A stretch of DNA of 63,651 bases, counting the filler, from Octopus bimaculoides (taxonomy: Eukaryota), in assembly GCF_001194135.2 (NCBI RefSeq). It is 5 parts of 4 records of this genome, joined end to end, with 100 filler letters (N's around TTAATTAATTAA, not from the genome) between each part and the next. Parts side by side here need not be neighbours in the genome. Positions count along the whole stretch, not along the records: positions 1 to 31,972 come from NC_068990.1; 4 more parts are not named here. The stretch is one strand, 5' to 3'. Every line of letters starts with the position of its first letter. Positions within the stretch are counted from its first letter, which is position 1. Below are positions 14,889 through 27,989 of the stretch, piece by piece. The position numbers and the translations under genes are program-made. The notes beneath the pieces were generated by a model, which saw only the letters and a list, made by a program, of their open reading frames with translations, ran no database searches and was not told where the DNA came from.

Positions 14889-15570
14889 CCTGCCAAGCTG
14901 TTTCTGAAAATCTAGCGAAAAATTGGATAAGGTAGTACCAGATACGCAATTTCCAACGAAAGGTGGAATGGTCATAACTGGGAAGCTGTTTAGTCTGTAT
15001 TTACTCACTTAGGCTTGACCCTTTAAACAAACAGCAACAGCAGCGACTACTGTTTGAATTGAGAGCTTGTTAGTTGAGTGTTTTGCTTACATTAAGACAC
15101 GGCAGTGGATTTATCTCTGAACGAACATCCATCAGCGCTTTTATAATGCTACTCCATGCTAATATTATATAACAGCGCAGACATAACACCGAATGAAATC
15201 AAGTCAAAATTATGTTTCCATTACCTTAGTCGAATTAATAAACCAAATTTATTAGACTGATGTAAGATACGATCTGCTCAGCATCAAAGTTAACACTTTC
15301 TATTGGAATATATGTAACGAATTTCTATGTGGAAATATGACCATAGAGAGAGAGAGTGTGATAGGAAGAGAGAGAAAAAGAGAGGAACAAACATACATAT
15401 GAATGCACATACAGTCACACATTTACGCAAGCGTATACATATATTAGTAGATATATATATATATATACATATATGCGTTTATATATATAAAGAATAAAAG
15501 AATAACATATGTAAGTATATGCATATATATGTATGTATATATACATATACATGCATATACTTACATATGC

Positions 15571-15701
15571 TATTCTTTTATTCTTTTACATGTTTCAGTC
15601 ATTTGACTGCAGCCATTCTGGAGCATCGACTTGAAGGGTTTTAAGTCGAACAAATTGAGGCTAGGGCTTATATTTGAAGCCTAGTTCTTATTCTATCGGT
15701 T
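15571..15701 (-). mobile_element. Family A SINE 3' part
   Basis: ttcagtcatttgactgcagccattctggagcatcg...gcctagttcttattctatcggt. Confidence 0.85.
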
Positions 15702-15759
15702 CTTAGAACACAGTTTGTGTGACAAGGTTATATCTTTTTAATAAAATGTATGTGAATGG

Positions 15760-16720
15760 TTTACACTGAAAAAGAATAAGAAAATGGGTGGATGAGTGTT
15801 AACGTGAATGCAAAATTTTAAAAAATCGAATGCTTAGATTTCCATCAGGATTGAGAAAAGCCTTCTTAAACAATAGGTCACGCAAGAGTCATTTACGAAA
15901 TTGGTAGAACCTAAATGAGGGCAAGAGAGATGTGAAGAAAGAAAGATCAAATTTTAAAGGGAAGAAGCTCAATTCAGTGACTTTTATAGAGACAAAAAAG
16001 ATAGGGGATAAGAGAAGGAAAGTAACTTCGGTTTAAGAATGGAGTATAGACGAAGAAGACTGAGGGTTTGATTTTAGCAACAGAGGAACACGTTCTAAAA
16101 GCAGATAGGAACCAAGAAACTAATAAATATTGCTTACACAAATGTAGAATGCGCTACGAAACAGATGAGATCAAAAATTCATATTGCTTCAGAAGACCCT
16201 GAAATATGTCCGAAAATGTAGATATAAAATAGTTGCAATTATTCACTGGAAAATTTGCAAGAGGTCCGGTCGTGTATCCACGGAAAAGATGTAAGATTAT
16301 ATTCGGGAAACAAAGTTGAAACTCATTGAAAAGAGTAAACTGAATTTGTTATAAATGGTTCACCTACATACCGATAAAAATAATAGACAACAACCCTGAT
16401 ATTGGAGACGCCGATAAGAAGAAAGTGTGTCATATGATGGATGTGATACACACATTTGATGCCAGAACCAAGGAAAAATCAAAATAAATAATGGAGCATT
16501 ATAGCGATTTGAAGTATGATATTATCAGATGCTGGAGTAAACAAGCTGACAAGGTCATGATCTTGCCAATCATCATTGAGACCTTGGGGAGTGTAACGAA
16601 AAGCTTGAGAGTAATGTTTAGCAACCTCAATCTTAATCTGGGAGTGGCTGAAATACAGTAATTTCTTTTCTTGAATCAGCAAGAATTGTCAAGAAATTCC
16701 TTGATTCAAATAGCCTGAAA
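15760..16720 (+). mobile_element. Heavily decayed R4/Dong-type non-LTR retrotransposon, C-terminal region
   Basis: Frameshifted remnants in the expected order: TEGLILA.EE, C-R-M zinc-knuckle region, IIHWKIC, PDI..ADKKKVCHMMDV, YSDLKYDIIRCW, ILPIIIETLGSV. Confidence 0.75.
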
Positions 16721-17079
16721 AGACTTTAATAGAAGGGATAAGAATACTTCTGATTCAAGACCATGGATATGAAATGTAATTAAATCAGTTAAATATCAGT
16801 TCCGCATAATACAGAATAGTAATGATGGCCTCTTTTGCCAACAGCTATGATAATTTCTCGTATAGGCAAAAGACTAGAAAATTGGTGCGATGGGCAAGTA
16901 TTGTACTTCGTTTCCAGCACTTGACTGATACTTTATAAGGATAAAAAGCAGATTTGATCGTAGAGGAAATTGGAGTCAGAGCGTGATAAGCTGTATCTAA
17001 ATACCATTATGTTTGTTGTCCGTCGCTCTGATGTTTTCGCCAATCCAACTCCTTCATAAAAATAGCAAAAATGATTTAA

Positions 17080-17447
17080 ATGGTTTCAAATTTTGGCACA
17101 ATGCCAGCAGTTTTAGTGGAAGTGGACAAATCGATTACATCGACCACAGTACCTGAATGGTAATTATTCCATTGATCCCTAAAAGCAACATAAAGTGTCA
17201 GAAATGGAATCTAGCATTTTGTCAGACATCCTAACGATTCATCTAGCTCGTCACCTTCGTAACAACAACAGCAACAACAATAAGCGTTTCTATTTTAGAC
17301 ACACAACCTGAAATTTTAGGGGAAGAGGTTTAACTGATTACATCGAACCAATGCTCATTAACCTTGGCGGAATTTTAACTCAAAATGTAAAGACGGGTGA
17401 AATGTCGCTAAGCATTTTATCCGGCGTGTTAACGATTCTTCCAGCTC
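17080..17447 (-). mobile_element. Two degenerate family B SINE copies (about 17080-17258 and 17280-17447)
   Basis: cacaatgccagc...cgattacatcgacc and cacaacctgaaatttt...ggcggaattttaactcaaaatgtaaagac...gctaagcatt. Confidence 0.72.
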
Positions 17448-17599
17448 ATTTAGGACAATACAAAGACAAAGGACCGTGGGGATGTCCACAGGCACAATAA
17501 AAAAACAATAACAAGAAAACTGCAACCAAAATATTTCACTTCGTCCTCATATTCTTTTGCTTTGATCGTATAATGAGTCTTTATGGGGTGGAGCCTATA

Positions 17600-18965
17600 A
17601 AATTTTGTAATTCTTATCCTCAAACATAGCCTCTGGTTGGTTTTCATACGATTTCACACACACTCGGTTAACAGTTCTACTGAGCATTCTTTTCCGATCT
17701 CCTTTATATTGCTCTTAATGCCTTCTCTTACTGTTCCCAAGGACACAACAATAATTGATACTATCTTCACTTTCTTCATTTTCCATAGCCGGAAGCTCTT
17801 TCGTGCTTTGTATCTATTTTATCGCCTTTCTTCTTCATAATTCGTGGTTCAATGGGGCACGCAACATCAATTATATAGCACATGTGGTGCACCTTGTCCA
17901 CCACCACTAGATCCGACTTGTTATGCATTAAGGAGCTTTCTTGTCTTCCTGTCCAACTCTCTTAGTTTTTCCTCTGTCCACTTCAGAATTCAAGCGACAT
18001 ACCGAACTACTGATCCTGCGCACAAGTTTATTGCAGAAATTATGCTTCTGGGATTCATCATTGAAACCAAAATTTTTCTCACTCGCCGCAGGTATCCTTT
18101 CTTCGTCTTGTCTTTTATATCCTTGTGTTTAATTTTATTTGCCTCAAGTATTCCGAAGTATTTATATTCACGTTCAGGTTCAGTCACCTTCATCATTTCA
18201 CCACTCGGAAAACATAAGCCTTCTGCTCTGACTCATTTTCCTCGTCTCATCACCATCATAGCACATTTTCAGAGTCCAAATTTCATCTTGACATCATTCG
18301 AGAAAATCCGCACAGACTTGAGTAGGTTGTCCAGTTCTGCCTCGCGTTTTGTGAACAACCTCAAGTCATCCGTGAATAGTAGGTGGTTCAGTTTTCCCTT
18401 ACTGCTTCCCATCTCATAAGCCAGCTTTGTTGTCTGCGGTATTTCACTCAAGGGAATCATTCCAAGCACAAAGATCATTGAGGATACACTGTTACCCTAG
18501 AAAATTCCGTTTTTGATGTTCCCTTCTTCTATTACCTGATACCCTGCTGTCAATTCAGTTTTCCAGCATTTCATACTGTTCCATATAAGGCTTATGATTT
18601 CTACTACTCTATATATTTCCATGGTTCTTGTTACCCGAGTGTGTCGTACCATATCGTAGGTTTTACGATAATCCTGCTCAGGTTTCTGTCCTCTCTTGCA
18701 ATTTCTAATGACTAGTTTATCAATTAACAACTAATCTTTCGTTCCCTGGTTCCTCTTTCGGTACCCTTTCTGTCCAATAGGTAGCAGCCCACTTTTTTTC
18801 TAAGCATCCATACAGTTCACTGACCATACTTTTCTACATTACAGTACTTTTCTATATTAATGGAAGACACATTATTGGTCGAAAGTTGGATACAATATCA
18901 CCCTTCTCAGGATCCTAGGCACGTAACTATGTCTTACTTTTTGTCATTCAGCTGGGTACAACTGG
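17600..18965 (-). mobile_element. R4/Dong-type non-LTR retrotransposon with internal deletion (RT domain joined to REL endonuclease tail)
   Basis: Minus frames give DPEKGDIVSNFRPIMCLP, GQKG..GTKD.LLIDK, DYRKTYDMV.H, GIF, LNHLLFTDDLRL, YKYFGILEA..IK, then NKSDLVVVDKVHHMCYIIDVACP. Confidence 0.9.
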
Positions 18966-19096
<131 letters not shown>

Positions 19097-19102
19097 AATA
19101 CT

Positions 19103-19320
19103 AAGGCGGTGAGATGGAAAAATCATTAGCACGCTGGCCGAACTGCTTAGCGGTATTTCGTCCGTCTTTACTTTTCTGAGTTCAAATTCCACAGAGGTCG
19201 ACTTTGCCTTTCATCGTTTCGAGGCCGATAAAATAAAATAAGTACCAGTTCAGTGAGTAATCGACTAAATCCCTCCCCCAAATTTCAGGCATTGTGTCTA
19301 TAATAGAAAAGATTATTATT
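19103..19320 (+). mobile_element. Full-length family B tRNA-derived SINE with (ATT)n tail
   Basis: aaggcggtgag...gcttagcggtatttcgtcc...ctgagttcaaattcc (B box)...gaggtcgactttgcctttcatc...tagaaaagattattatt. Confidence 0.9.
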
Positions 19321-19875
19321 CATGGCGTCTTTACTGCTGAACGGCAACAAATTCAACGCCGGATGGATTACGCTAAAATAGACAACGGACGAACTCCGAA
19401 CGGAAATGAAAATGAACAAATAATAATGTTAGATACTTAATGCTTAGCATAAAGTCGTTGATGTCTATTTTTTTCTTCTAAAACATTTAATTATTAAGGA
19501 TTAAAATCATACACATCCATTTAGAGTGCAAATGAAATTCATATGTTAACTGAAAAGCAATTACTCTGCAATTGCGAAAAAACAAAAACAAAATGAATAA
19601 AGTAAGATCAGCCATCTAGCTGGAAATGTTTTTAAATGGTTTTGTAATCCCAGCCACAAAATGGTCTTACATACATGTACGCAGGTTGGTATGTACCTAT
19701 ACATGCCTACATACATACATAAATACATACATATATATATACATACATACACATACATGCATGCATACATTCATACATACATGCACACACACATACATAC
19801 ATGCATNNNNNNNNNNNNNNNNNNNNNNNNNNNNNNNNNNNNNNNNNNNNNNNNNNNNNNNNNNNNNNNNNNNNN

Positions 19876-19936
<61 letters not shown>

Positions 19937-20269
19937 CATACATACACATACATGCATGCATACATTCATACATACATGCACACACACATACATACATGCA
20001 TACATACATACATACATACATTTATATCTGTGTCTACGTATGTATGTACATACTTATGTATCTGCGTTCAGCCATAGTAAATCCGCCCCCTAAGCTTGAG
20101 TTGATCTCAATGACCCCGGTATTCACATCAGTCTATACACGTGAGTATATACACGTAAGTATACATATGTACATACACATAAATATATCTATACATGCTT
20201 ATACGCACACGCATAATATAGACACTTACATACCTATGCATACGTATATATGCATGCATAAAACATAAG

Positions 20270-20306
<37 letters not shown>

Positions 20307-20408
20307 NNNNNNNNNNNNNNNNNNNNNNNNNNNNNNNNNNNNNNNNNNNNNNNNNNNNNNNNNNNNNNNATATATATACTTAAATATATGTGTAGGTATG
20401 CATTTATG

Positions 20409-20450
<42 letters not shown>

Positions 20451-22428
20451 CTTTCAGACAACTTTTTTAATTGCCTGTTTATTTTTCTTTGGACAACCAT
20501 TTTGCTCGTTAATTGTTTTATTTTTTGCCGAAGTACGCTGAACTGCAGCAATAATTAGCTTTATTGCGAATTTCTAAACGCAGAGTATACACACACGCAG
20601 AGACAGACACTCACACGCATGCGTGTATCTATGCATATATGTGTGTGTATGTGTGTGTGTGCGTGTGTACATACATCCATACATACATACATAAATACAT
20701 ACATAGAAAGTGAGAAAAAGAGAGAGAGAGTGAGGGAATGATATGCACATCATAGGAAGAATTAAAAAAGAAAATGAAAATTTGAAATTTGTTATCAACA
20801 ATCTTTTTAGTCTCAAATTTTGGTTTTTTGTGGTTAATAATTATTAGAAGGAAACATAAAAATAAGAACGAATATAGGCAAGAAAGAAAAAAGGGGAAAA
20901 GGGGAAATGAATAGACGAAAGAAAGAAAGAATGATAAACGAAGGATAGAAAGAATGGTAGGGAAAAAAATATAGAATGAGAGAGAACGATAGGAAGAATT
21001 TTACAAAGATAGACAGAATGGGAGGTAGAGAGAAAAATAGATAAAAAGAGAGATAGAGAGACAGAAAGAAAGAAAAATCAATGGTAGAAAGATGAAAAGA
21101 AAATGAAAGAAAATTGCAATTACGACTTCTCCTGGGGGAAAAGTGAAATTTATGAGATAATAAATGATTTATAGTAACTAATGTAACACATTGGTTCACA
21201 GACTAACACACATACATTCTTTTCTCGTATTGCGGCATGTAATACTATAGAAATGTGAGCGCTCATTGGTCTCAGTGTGCAGCTAGAAAACGTTTACGAT
21301 TCGCTGTACATTATTGGTGCATTTCAACAATTTATCTTCTTAGTTTTCTATTATGATTCCATTGACATCTAAAATTCATTGCTTGGTACTTTATTTTACA
21401 GACTGCGAACGGATGAATAGCAAAGCTGATTTTTGTGGGATGTAAACACAGAATGGGAAGGACCTTAACTAAATACCACCAGGTATTTTGTCCAGTGCTA
21501 TAATCATTCAATCAATCCACTTTATCCTTTGGATCCGCAATTTGTGGCTCTATTCAATAATTCAGAATGGTTTTATGCCCTACTCAGTTGTGCTGAGTTA
21601 CTCGACAAAAGACATTATTACTCTTGTTTTCCGTCTTTCTACTTGTCTCGTTACAACTTCATTTAATTCTAGATTTTGTTTCGTCACCCAGTCAGAATAT
21701 ATGAACTATACTCAGTTAGAAATGTCTAGGAGTGATCATTTATGTACTCAAAAATCCTAAACAGTATCAAATAAATAAGCCATTCAAGTTATCAATATAG
21801 ACTTACTCATCGACACGCTGCAGCAAATTTAAATACAGATACACCATTTTATTTTTATTTTCATCTTTATTTATTTCTTTTCTTATATATGTTTTTACCT
21901 TCTATATTACCACAAAGGCTTTTTTACTTCTGAGCCCATCGGGTGTCTATTTATTCTATCACATCCTTCAAAAGCTCAAACCAGATATATACACACATAC
22001 AACTCTAAGTTGGTCAAATCTGTCACTACTTCTACAACCAGAAGCCTTCATTATTAATTGATGTTATATAGCGGATAGTCATCGTATGAACATTAAATGT
22101 ACGTAAGATGGCGTAGCAAAATATCATAAAAATAATTTCTTGCGTTTTGTTTTATTTTCAGCATGTTCTTTGTAAAAGAACATCGAAATAGATATTACAA
22201 ATACGAAAATCGAACGGGAACGCACATGGGTTTCTAAATACCAGTTATTTTCTGCACAAGACATCTGATAGTTACACAACTGCGAGGGTTTGACTGTGAG
22301 TATTGAGTTTGTAAAATGCCTCATTTATCAAATAATCACCTTATGTTGAAACATGCGTAAAGTGGTGCAACTCGATATTTTGTAAACAATCTCACATACC
22401 TTGGGTGAGTTTTATGTGTATATGCGTA

Positions 22429-22477
<49 letters not shown>

Positions 22478-22509
22478 GCGCGCGGCCTTGTGTGCGCAAG
22501 TATGTGAAG

Positions 22510-22580
22510 TCACGTGAACTAGTGGTTAGAGTAATGCACTCTTGATCGCGAGATCGTTGTTTCGATTCCCAGACCGGCAG
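22510..22580 (+). mobile_element. Family C SINE tRNA-like head
   Basis: actagtggttagagt...gatcgcgagatcgttgtttcgattcccagaccgg matches the head at 26838. Confidence 0.7.
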
Positions 22581-22634
22581 TGTATATATATATATATATA
22601 NNNNNNNNNNNNNNNNNNNNNNNNNNNNNNNNNN

Positions 22635-22940
22635 AGGAGAGATTGCGTTGTAAGTAGCTTGTTTACCAATCACATGGCTCTGGGTTCAGTCCCACTGCGT
22701 GGCACTTTGGGCAAATGCCGACCAAAGCCTTGTGAGTGGATTTGGTAGACGGAAACCTGTCGTATATATATAACATCTATATAAAATATATAAATATATA
22801 TATATATATATGTGGGGGGGGTGTAATACAAGGCTTTAAAAATAGATAAAATATGTACTATGGTCGATGAGTTCGACTAAAATCATTCAAGGCGGTGCTC
22901 CAGTATGGCTGCAGTCTAATGACTGATACAAGTGGAAAAA
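22635..22940 (+). mobile_element. Family A SINE with deletions
   Basis: Head gggttcagtcccactgcgtggcactttgggcaa and tail ggcggtgctccagtatggctgcagtctaatgactga. Confidence 0.85.
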
Positions 22941-23504
22941 AAAAGGTAGAATAAGTTTAAAACCCAAAACGAGCCAATGACGTAATCGTTACGTATTTGC
23001 TAGACCTACTGCACCTAGAAGCCGAATCTCTCTCAAGTTACAACCAGACAGGAAAGACTTTACTAATGTATCTATGACACAGTCGCCTGTAAGAAGAAGA
23101 AAGAAAAAAAAGGTTGTGGTGGTGGTGGTGGTGGTTAAGATGAATTTCATCTGAGATCTGCTCGATTAGCGTTGGTTCAACAAAAACAAAAACGAACTTT
23201 AGCACTGAGAAAATAAAAAGTCAAAAACCAATCTACCCAGTTGTATAAATCAATGGACGTGTTGGTCAGATATTCCAGTTTCTTTTGCCGTAAAACAACT
23301 TGGAATTTTCTTTTCGATTGCCTGATTAAATTTCTCTGCCCAGATCACGAATGTCCATAATTACTTTCATAATAGTCTTTTGTTTTTAGTTACGCCACTT
23401 TAAACTTACAAACATTTACGAGACAACGTCTTCTTTATCTTCTTACTGCGGGTTTCGACTGTTCTACTGGTTGTTAGTTTAGCTGTAATTCTTAATGTCG
23501 TGGT

Positions 23505-23509
23505 CGTCG

Positions 23510-23547
<38 letters not shown>

Positions 23548-23615
23548 GCCACCATTGTTATTGTCATCATTATCATTCTCCTTGATTTTTTGTTGTTGAT
23601 TTTTATTGTAGTAGC

Positions 23616-23649
<34 letters not shown>

Positions 23650-23650
23650 G
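23505..23650. repeat. Interrupted (TTG)n microsatellite
   Basis: Read directly; source of the poly-Asn ORF 23479..23664. Confidence 0.95.
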
Positions 23651-24332
23651 CTGTGACAGTTCATTAATTTGTTGATTTTGCTACTTTACCTTTGTTTGTT
23701 TTTTTGTTTTTGTTTTTGTTTTTTTGTTTTTTTCATTAATTTATATAATTGTTATTTATTATTTTGTTTTGTCGTTAGTCTGTGGTAATAATTAGTTTCG
23801 TTGTGATGAAATTTCAAAAGCAGAAGAGACAAAAATATAAATTAAATATATACACATATATATATATATATATAAAGAAATGGAAAAGACAGAAAGAAAA
23901 TAGCAAAAAAACGAAGCAGCAACAATACATAACAAGTACAAAACAATAAACATCAACAGCTACAACAACAAAGCGGAACAACATACAAAATACTCTACAC
24001 ACGACAAGAAGAATCACAACAATAACAAAAAGAACAATCATTTCTTATCGTCAATAATTTTTCAAATTATGTCTTNNNNNNNNNNNNNNNNNNNNNNNNN
24101 NNNNNNNNNNNNNNNNNNNNNNNNNNNNNNNNNNNNNNNNNNNNNNNNNNNNNNNNNNNNNNNNNNNNNNNNNNNNNNNNNNNNNNNNNNNNNNNNNNNN
24201 NNNNNNNNNNNNNNNNNNNNNNNNNNNNNNNNNNNNNNNNNNNNNNNNNNNNNNNNNNNNNNNNNNNNNNNNAAAAACGTATTACATACTTATACAATCA
24301 CATACATACGTATATGCACACGCACATATACA

Positions 24333-24366
<34 letters not shown>

Positions 24367-24528
24367 CATAGATAATACATATATACATACATATATATGT
24401 ATATATATATATATATATGCATACACATACATATATATTTATACTTAGATGTACATATAGTGTATTCATACACACATCATACACACTCAGACACACCTTC
24501 ACAGAAGCACACACACACACACATATAT

Positions 24529-24559
<31 letters not shown>

Positions 24560-24560
24560 T

Positions 24561-24602
<42 letters not shown>

Positions 24603-24893
24603 ACACACACATATACATATATATATACATATACATACACACATATATACACACACATACAAACACATATACATACATGCACACATACACACATACATAC
24701 ATACACATATATACAGAATATCCCAGACACGTATGTAGATAGAGCAAAAATTACAATGTTTGACATGGTAAAAAAAATATATAGCAGAGGAGCAGACATC
24801 ACGTGACGTATGGGAAAATGTTAGAGGAGGAGGAGTAGGAGGGGGAGGAAGAGTGGAAGAGGATTAAGCTGATGTATGCGCAAAAGAAGGAAA

Positions 24894-24926
<33 letters not shown>

Positions 24927-26473
24927 GGTGGTGGTAGTAGTGGTAGTAGTGGTAGTAGTAGTAGCAGCAGCAAGAACAAGTGTTTGGAGAGGAACAAAAA
25001 GAAGAGGTAGGAAAAGGTGGAAAAGGTTCGTGATGAGAAGAAGATATAATGTGAGGACGACGACGACGACGAACGAAAGGAAATATGAGGTAAGCGGGGA
25101 GTGGGCGGCAGACGAAATGGAATTATAAGAGTGCTGGTAGAAGGATAAAGAATGATGTAGGTGGAGGGATAATTAAAACGAAGCTCGTAGTAGTATAATT
25201 CTGTTTTATGATGAAAGACGTCGGTTTAGTAAAAAGAATGACATGATGTATTGGCTTTATCTTTGACCTCACATATCAACTCCGAGCAGGACGGAAATTC
25301 ATTAAAATACGTGACACATTTCTTAAGAATGGTTATTGAATAATTTTGTTCTTACTATACTTTGAAATTTGGGATAATGTAGCTGTTCTTGCTGTTGATG
25401 TTGATATGAACGTAGTGGATTGGCAGAATATTTAAAGTATCGGTGATAATGCCTGGCCATATTTGATCAAGCTCTCTTCGTTCTGAGCTCAAAATCTTGC
25501 CGAGATAAACTTGGATTTTGCCCTGACTGCCAATAGTTGTTGTTGACAAACAACGGCACTAATTTTATTCAAAGGAAAAGATCCCATTACACCGCCACAA
25601 CGTGTTGTTGACAAACCACAGCAGTAATTGTTTTTACCTCAATAGACGTCAGTGATTGGTTGAAATTACCGAAATACGACAACTTTTAACATGAAATAAC
25701 TTCGAATATACAAACTTTTCTTAACAAGGCTAAGAGAAAAAGATGTTTTATATAACACATTCTACCAGTGTCCCAAGTATGCAAGTGTTTCGTTAGAAAA
25801 CAAATAGTGTCCGACAAATCAGAAAGATTCTCAACCTATTTTAGCTTTTGTCTTTACTTTGAATAACATTAATGTTATGGAGCGAGGAGAACTTATTACA
25901 AGCAGAACTTGTCGATGAGTAAGTCTATATTGATAACTTTAATGGCTTATTTATTTGATACTGTTTAGGATTTTTGAGTGCATAAATGATCACTCCCTGA
26001 CATTTCTGGGAGTATAGATCGTATATACATGCAATGATCTTAGAAACAGCAGAATGTAGTTACTAAAATTTCATTCAATTCTAATCTTTATATCGTGATC
26101 AACCATTTTTTTTTTATCAGAGACACATTATCCAATGTTACATTTTATTTATTTATTTATTTATTTATTTTTATTTATTTATTTTAGATTGTGGGTTGCA
26201 TTGTGAGTCAGATTTGATTGCTTCCATCGGCTGTCGACCGACCTCATAGAGACTGGATCTCAGAAAAGTACAGGGTTGTAACCAAATACCGAAAAGCATT
26301 TTGTGTTGTACTTTACCGGTTCTTGTCCTTGTTGTTTGTTAATCCCAGTTCGTGCATGATTGAGTAGACTCGTAGTTATCAGTGTTCCAGACGTGGTCAT
26401 CCCATGTTTTTTATGTTATCTGTCATTTTCCAACTGTTTGTTTGTGTACTTAGTATTATAACTTTGCTGAAAA

Positions 26474-26694
26474 AAGGCGGCGAGCTGGCGGAGTCGTTAG
26501 CACGCCAGGCAAATTGCTTATCCGTATTTCGTCTGTTGCTACGTTCTGAGTTCAAATTCCACCGACGTCGATTTTGTCTTTTATCCTTTCGGGGTCGATA
26601 GAATAAGTACCAGTTGAGTACTCGGGTAGATGTAATTAACTAGCCACCCTTTCCAGAAATTTCAGGTTTTGTGCCAATAGTAGAAACGATTATA
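26474..26694 (+). mobile_element. Full-length family B SINE
   Basis: aaggcggcgagctggcggagtcgttagcacgcc...ctgagttcaaattcc...cctttcggggtcgatagaataagtaccagtt. Confidence 0.92.
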
Positions 26695-26837
26695 ACTTTG
26701 CTGAATACCTTAAAGATGTTCCCTTGTGGATGGAAAAAAATAAACTGTTTTTGTTCAGAAAGACAATTTAGACTAACAAGAAGAGCATGTAAAGGACTGC
26801 CATATGTTTACTGCTGTTTTTAAGATTAAAAATTTGT

Positions 26838-27094
26838 GGAGGCGCGTGGCCTAGTGGTTAGGGTGTCAGCACCATGATCGTAAGATTGTGGTTTTGATTC
26901 CTGGACCGGGCGACGCGTTGTGTTCTTGAGCAAAACACTTCATTTCACGTTGCTCCAGTCCACTCAGCTGGCAAAAACGAGTAACGCTGCGATGGACTGG
27001 CGTCCCGTCCAGCTGGGGAACACATATGCCATTGAAACCGAGAAACTGGGTGCATGAACCTGGCTAGGCTTTAAAAGGGCGCATTTATTTATTT
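26838..27094 (+). mobile_element. Full-length family C tRNA-derived SINE
   Basis: A box tggcctagtgg, degenerate B box gttttgattcc, centre gtgttcttgagcaaaacactt...ccactcagctg, 3' region gcgatggactggcgtcccgtccag, and (ATTT)n tail. Confidence 0.88.
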
Positions 27095-27800
27095 ATGTCA
27101 TGAAATTTAGTCCTTCAAAAGAGTGAAATACTTCTTTCCTTAGTGCAACAGTTGATATGTGAGAATTTTCATTAATGAAATGTATCGTTAGAAAGAGGAA
27201 AACCGGAGAGAAACCCAACTACAGAAACAATCAATTATCTCACAATATTATAATTTCTTGATTTTAGAGGGTCAGAAAATATCAATGATAAAAAATTTTC
27301 TTGAGCCATGCGTAGATTTTGACAGCATGAGTCAATATACTGCGTAAATATCAGAGTGAAATTGAGACGGATGCATTATAATCGACACTTCTGATTTTTT
27401 AATTATTCAAATATTCTGTTTTTTAATATGTCATGACAAGGAAAATGTAGGTACCGTCTAATCAGGTTTTTCAGTTTTGTCTTTTTTTATTCTTTTATGA
27501 AATGAAATTTTGATAGAAAATTCAGACAAAAAAAATAATAAAATAAATGCAACTAGGTTTTTTTTTATTAAACTAATTGGTTTGGCTTCCAAATCTGTTC
27601 AAATTTTCAAATTTCGTTATGAGGCTTCAAATTCCATATCAAAAAATTAATGTACATGTGCTTCTCTCAACGTGTGCATAAGTGTATGAATATGTGCATA
27701 TACATATACATGTATACATATATATACGCTCGCCATGCTTGATCGCTAAATCTACACGTTTCTTTTTTTTATTCTCTCTTTCTGTTTATTTTCTCTTATT

Positions 27801-27838
27801 CCTTTCTGTTGAAGAGAGTAGGCTCGAAACGTAAAAGA
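27801..27838 (+). ncRNA. Variant minimal hammerhead-like motif in a dispersed repeat
   Basis: CUUU|CUGUUGA A|GAGA gtag GCUC|GAAAC GUA|AAAG: correct order of elements, but A6 is U and stem II has a mismatch. Confidence 0.45.
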
Positions 27839-27954
27839 CTTTCTCACTTTCCCGAGCGTCAAACTAATACACCTGCTTGTTGTTCATACACCTACCTTTG
27901 TATTTTGTTTTTCTGTAAATTTCAACATGACCGCAGCCACTTGGCTGAAACCCA

Positions 27955-27989
<35 letters not shown>

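Noticed and set aside
19729-20000. Apparent tandem duplication of a CATA-rich segment
   Set aside because: Identical copies lie on either side of an N gap; likely the same artefact.
22975-23000. CCAAT plus TGACGTAA and ACGTAA-TCG-TTACGT palindrome as a promoter
   Set aside because: Short motifs are expected by chance, and there is no TSS or gene evidence.
26838-26910. tRNA gene suggested by A and B boxes
   Set aside because: No complete cloverleaf, and it continues into a SINE body shared with other copies.
27202-27216. TGEKP, the C2H2 zinc-finger linker
   Set aside because: No Cys or His spacing on either side and a stop follows within about 15 codons.
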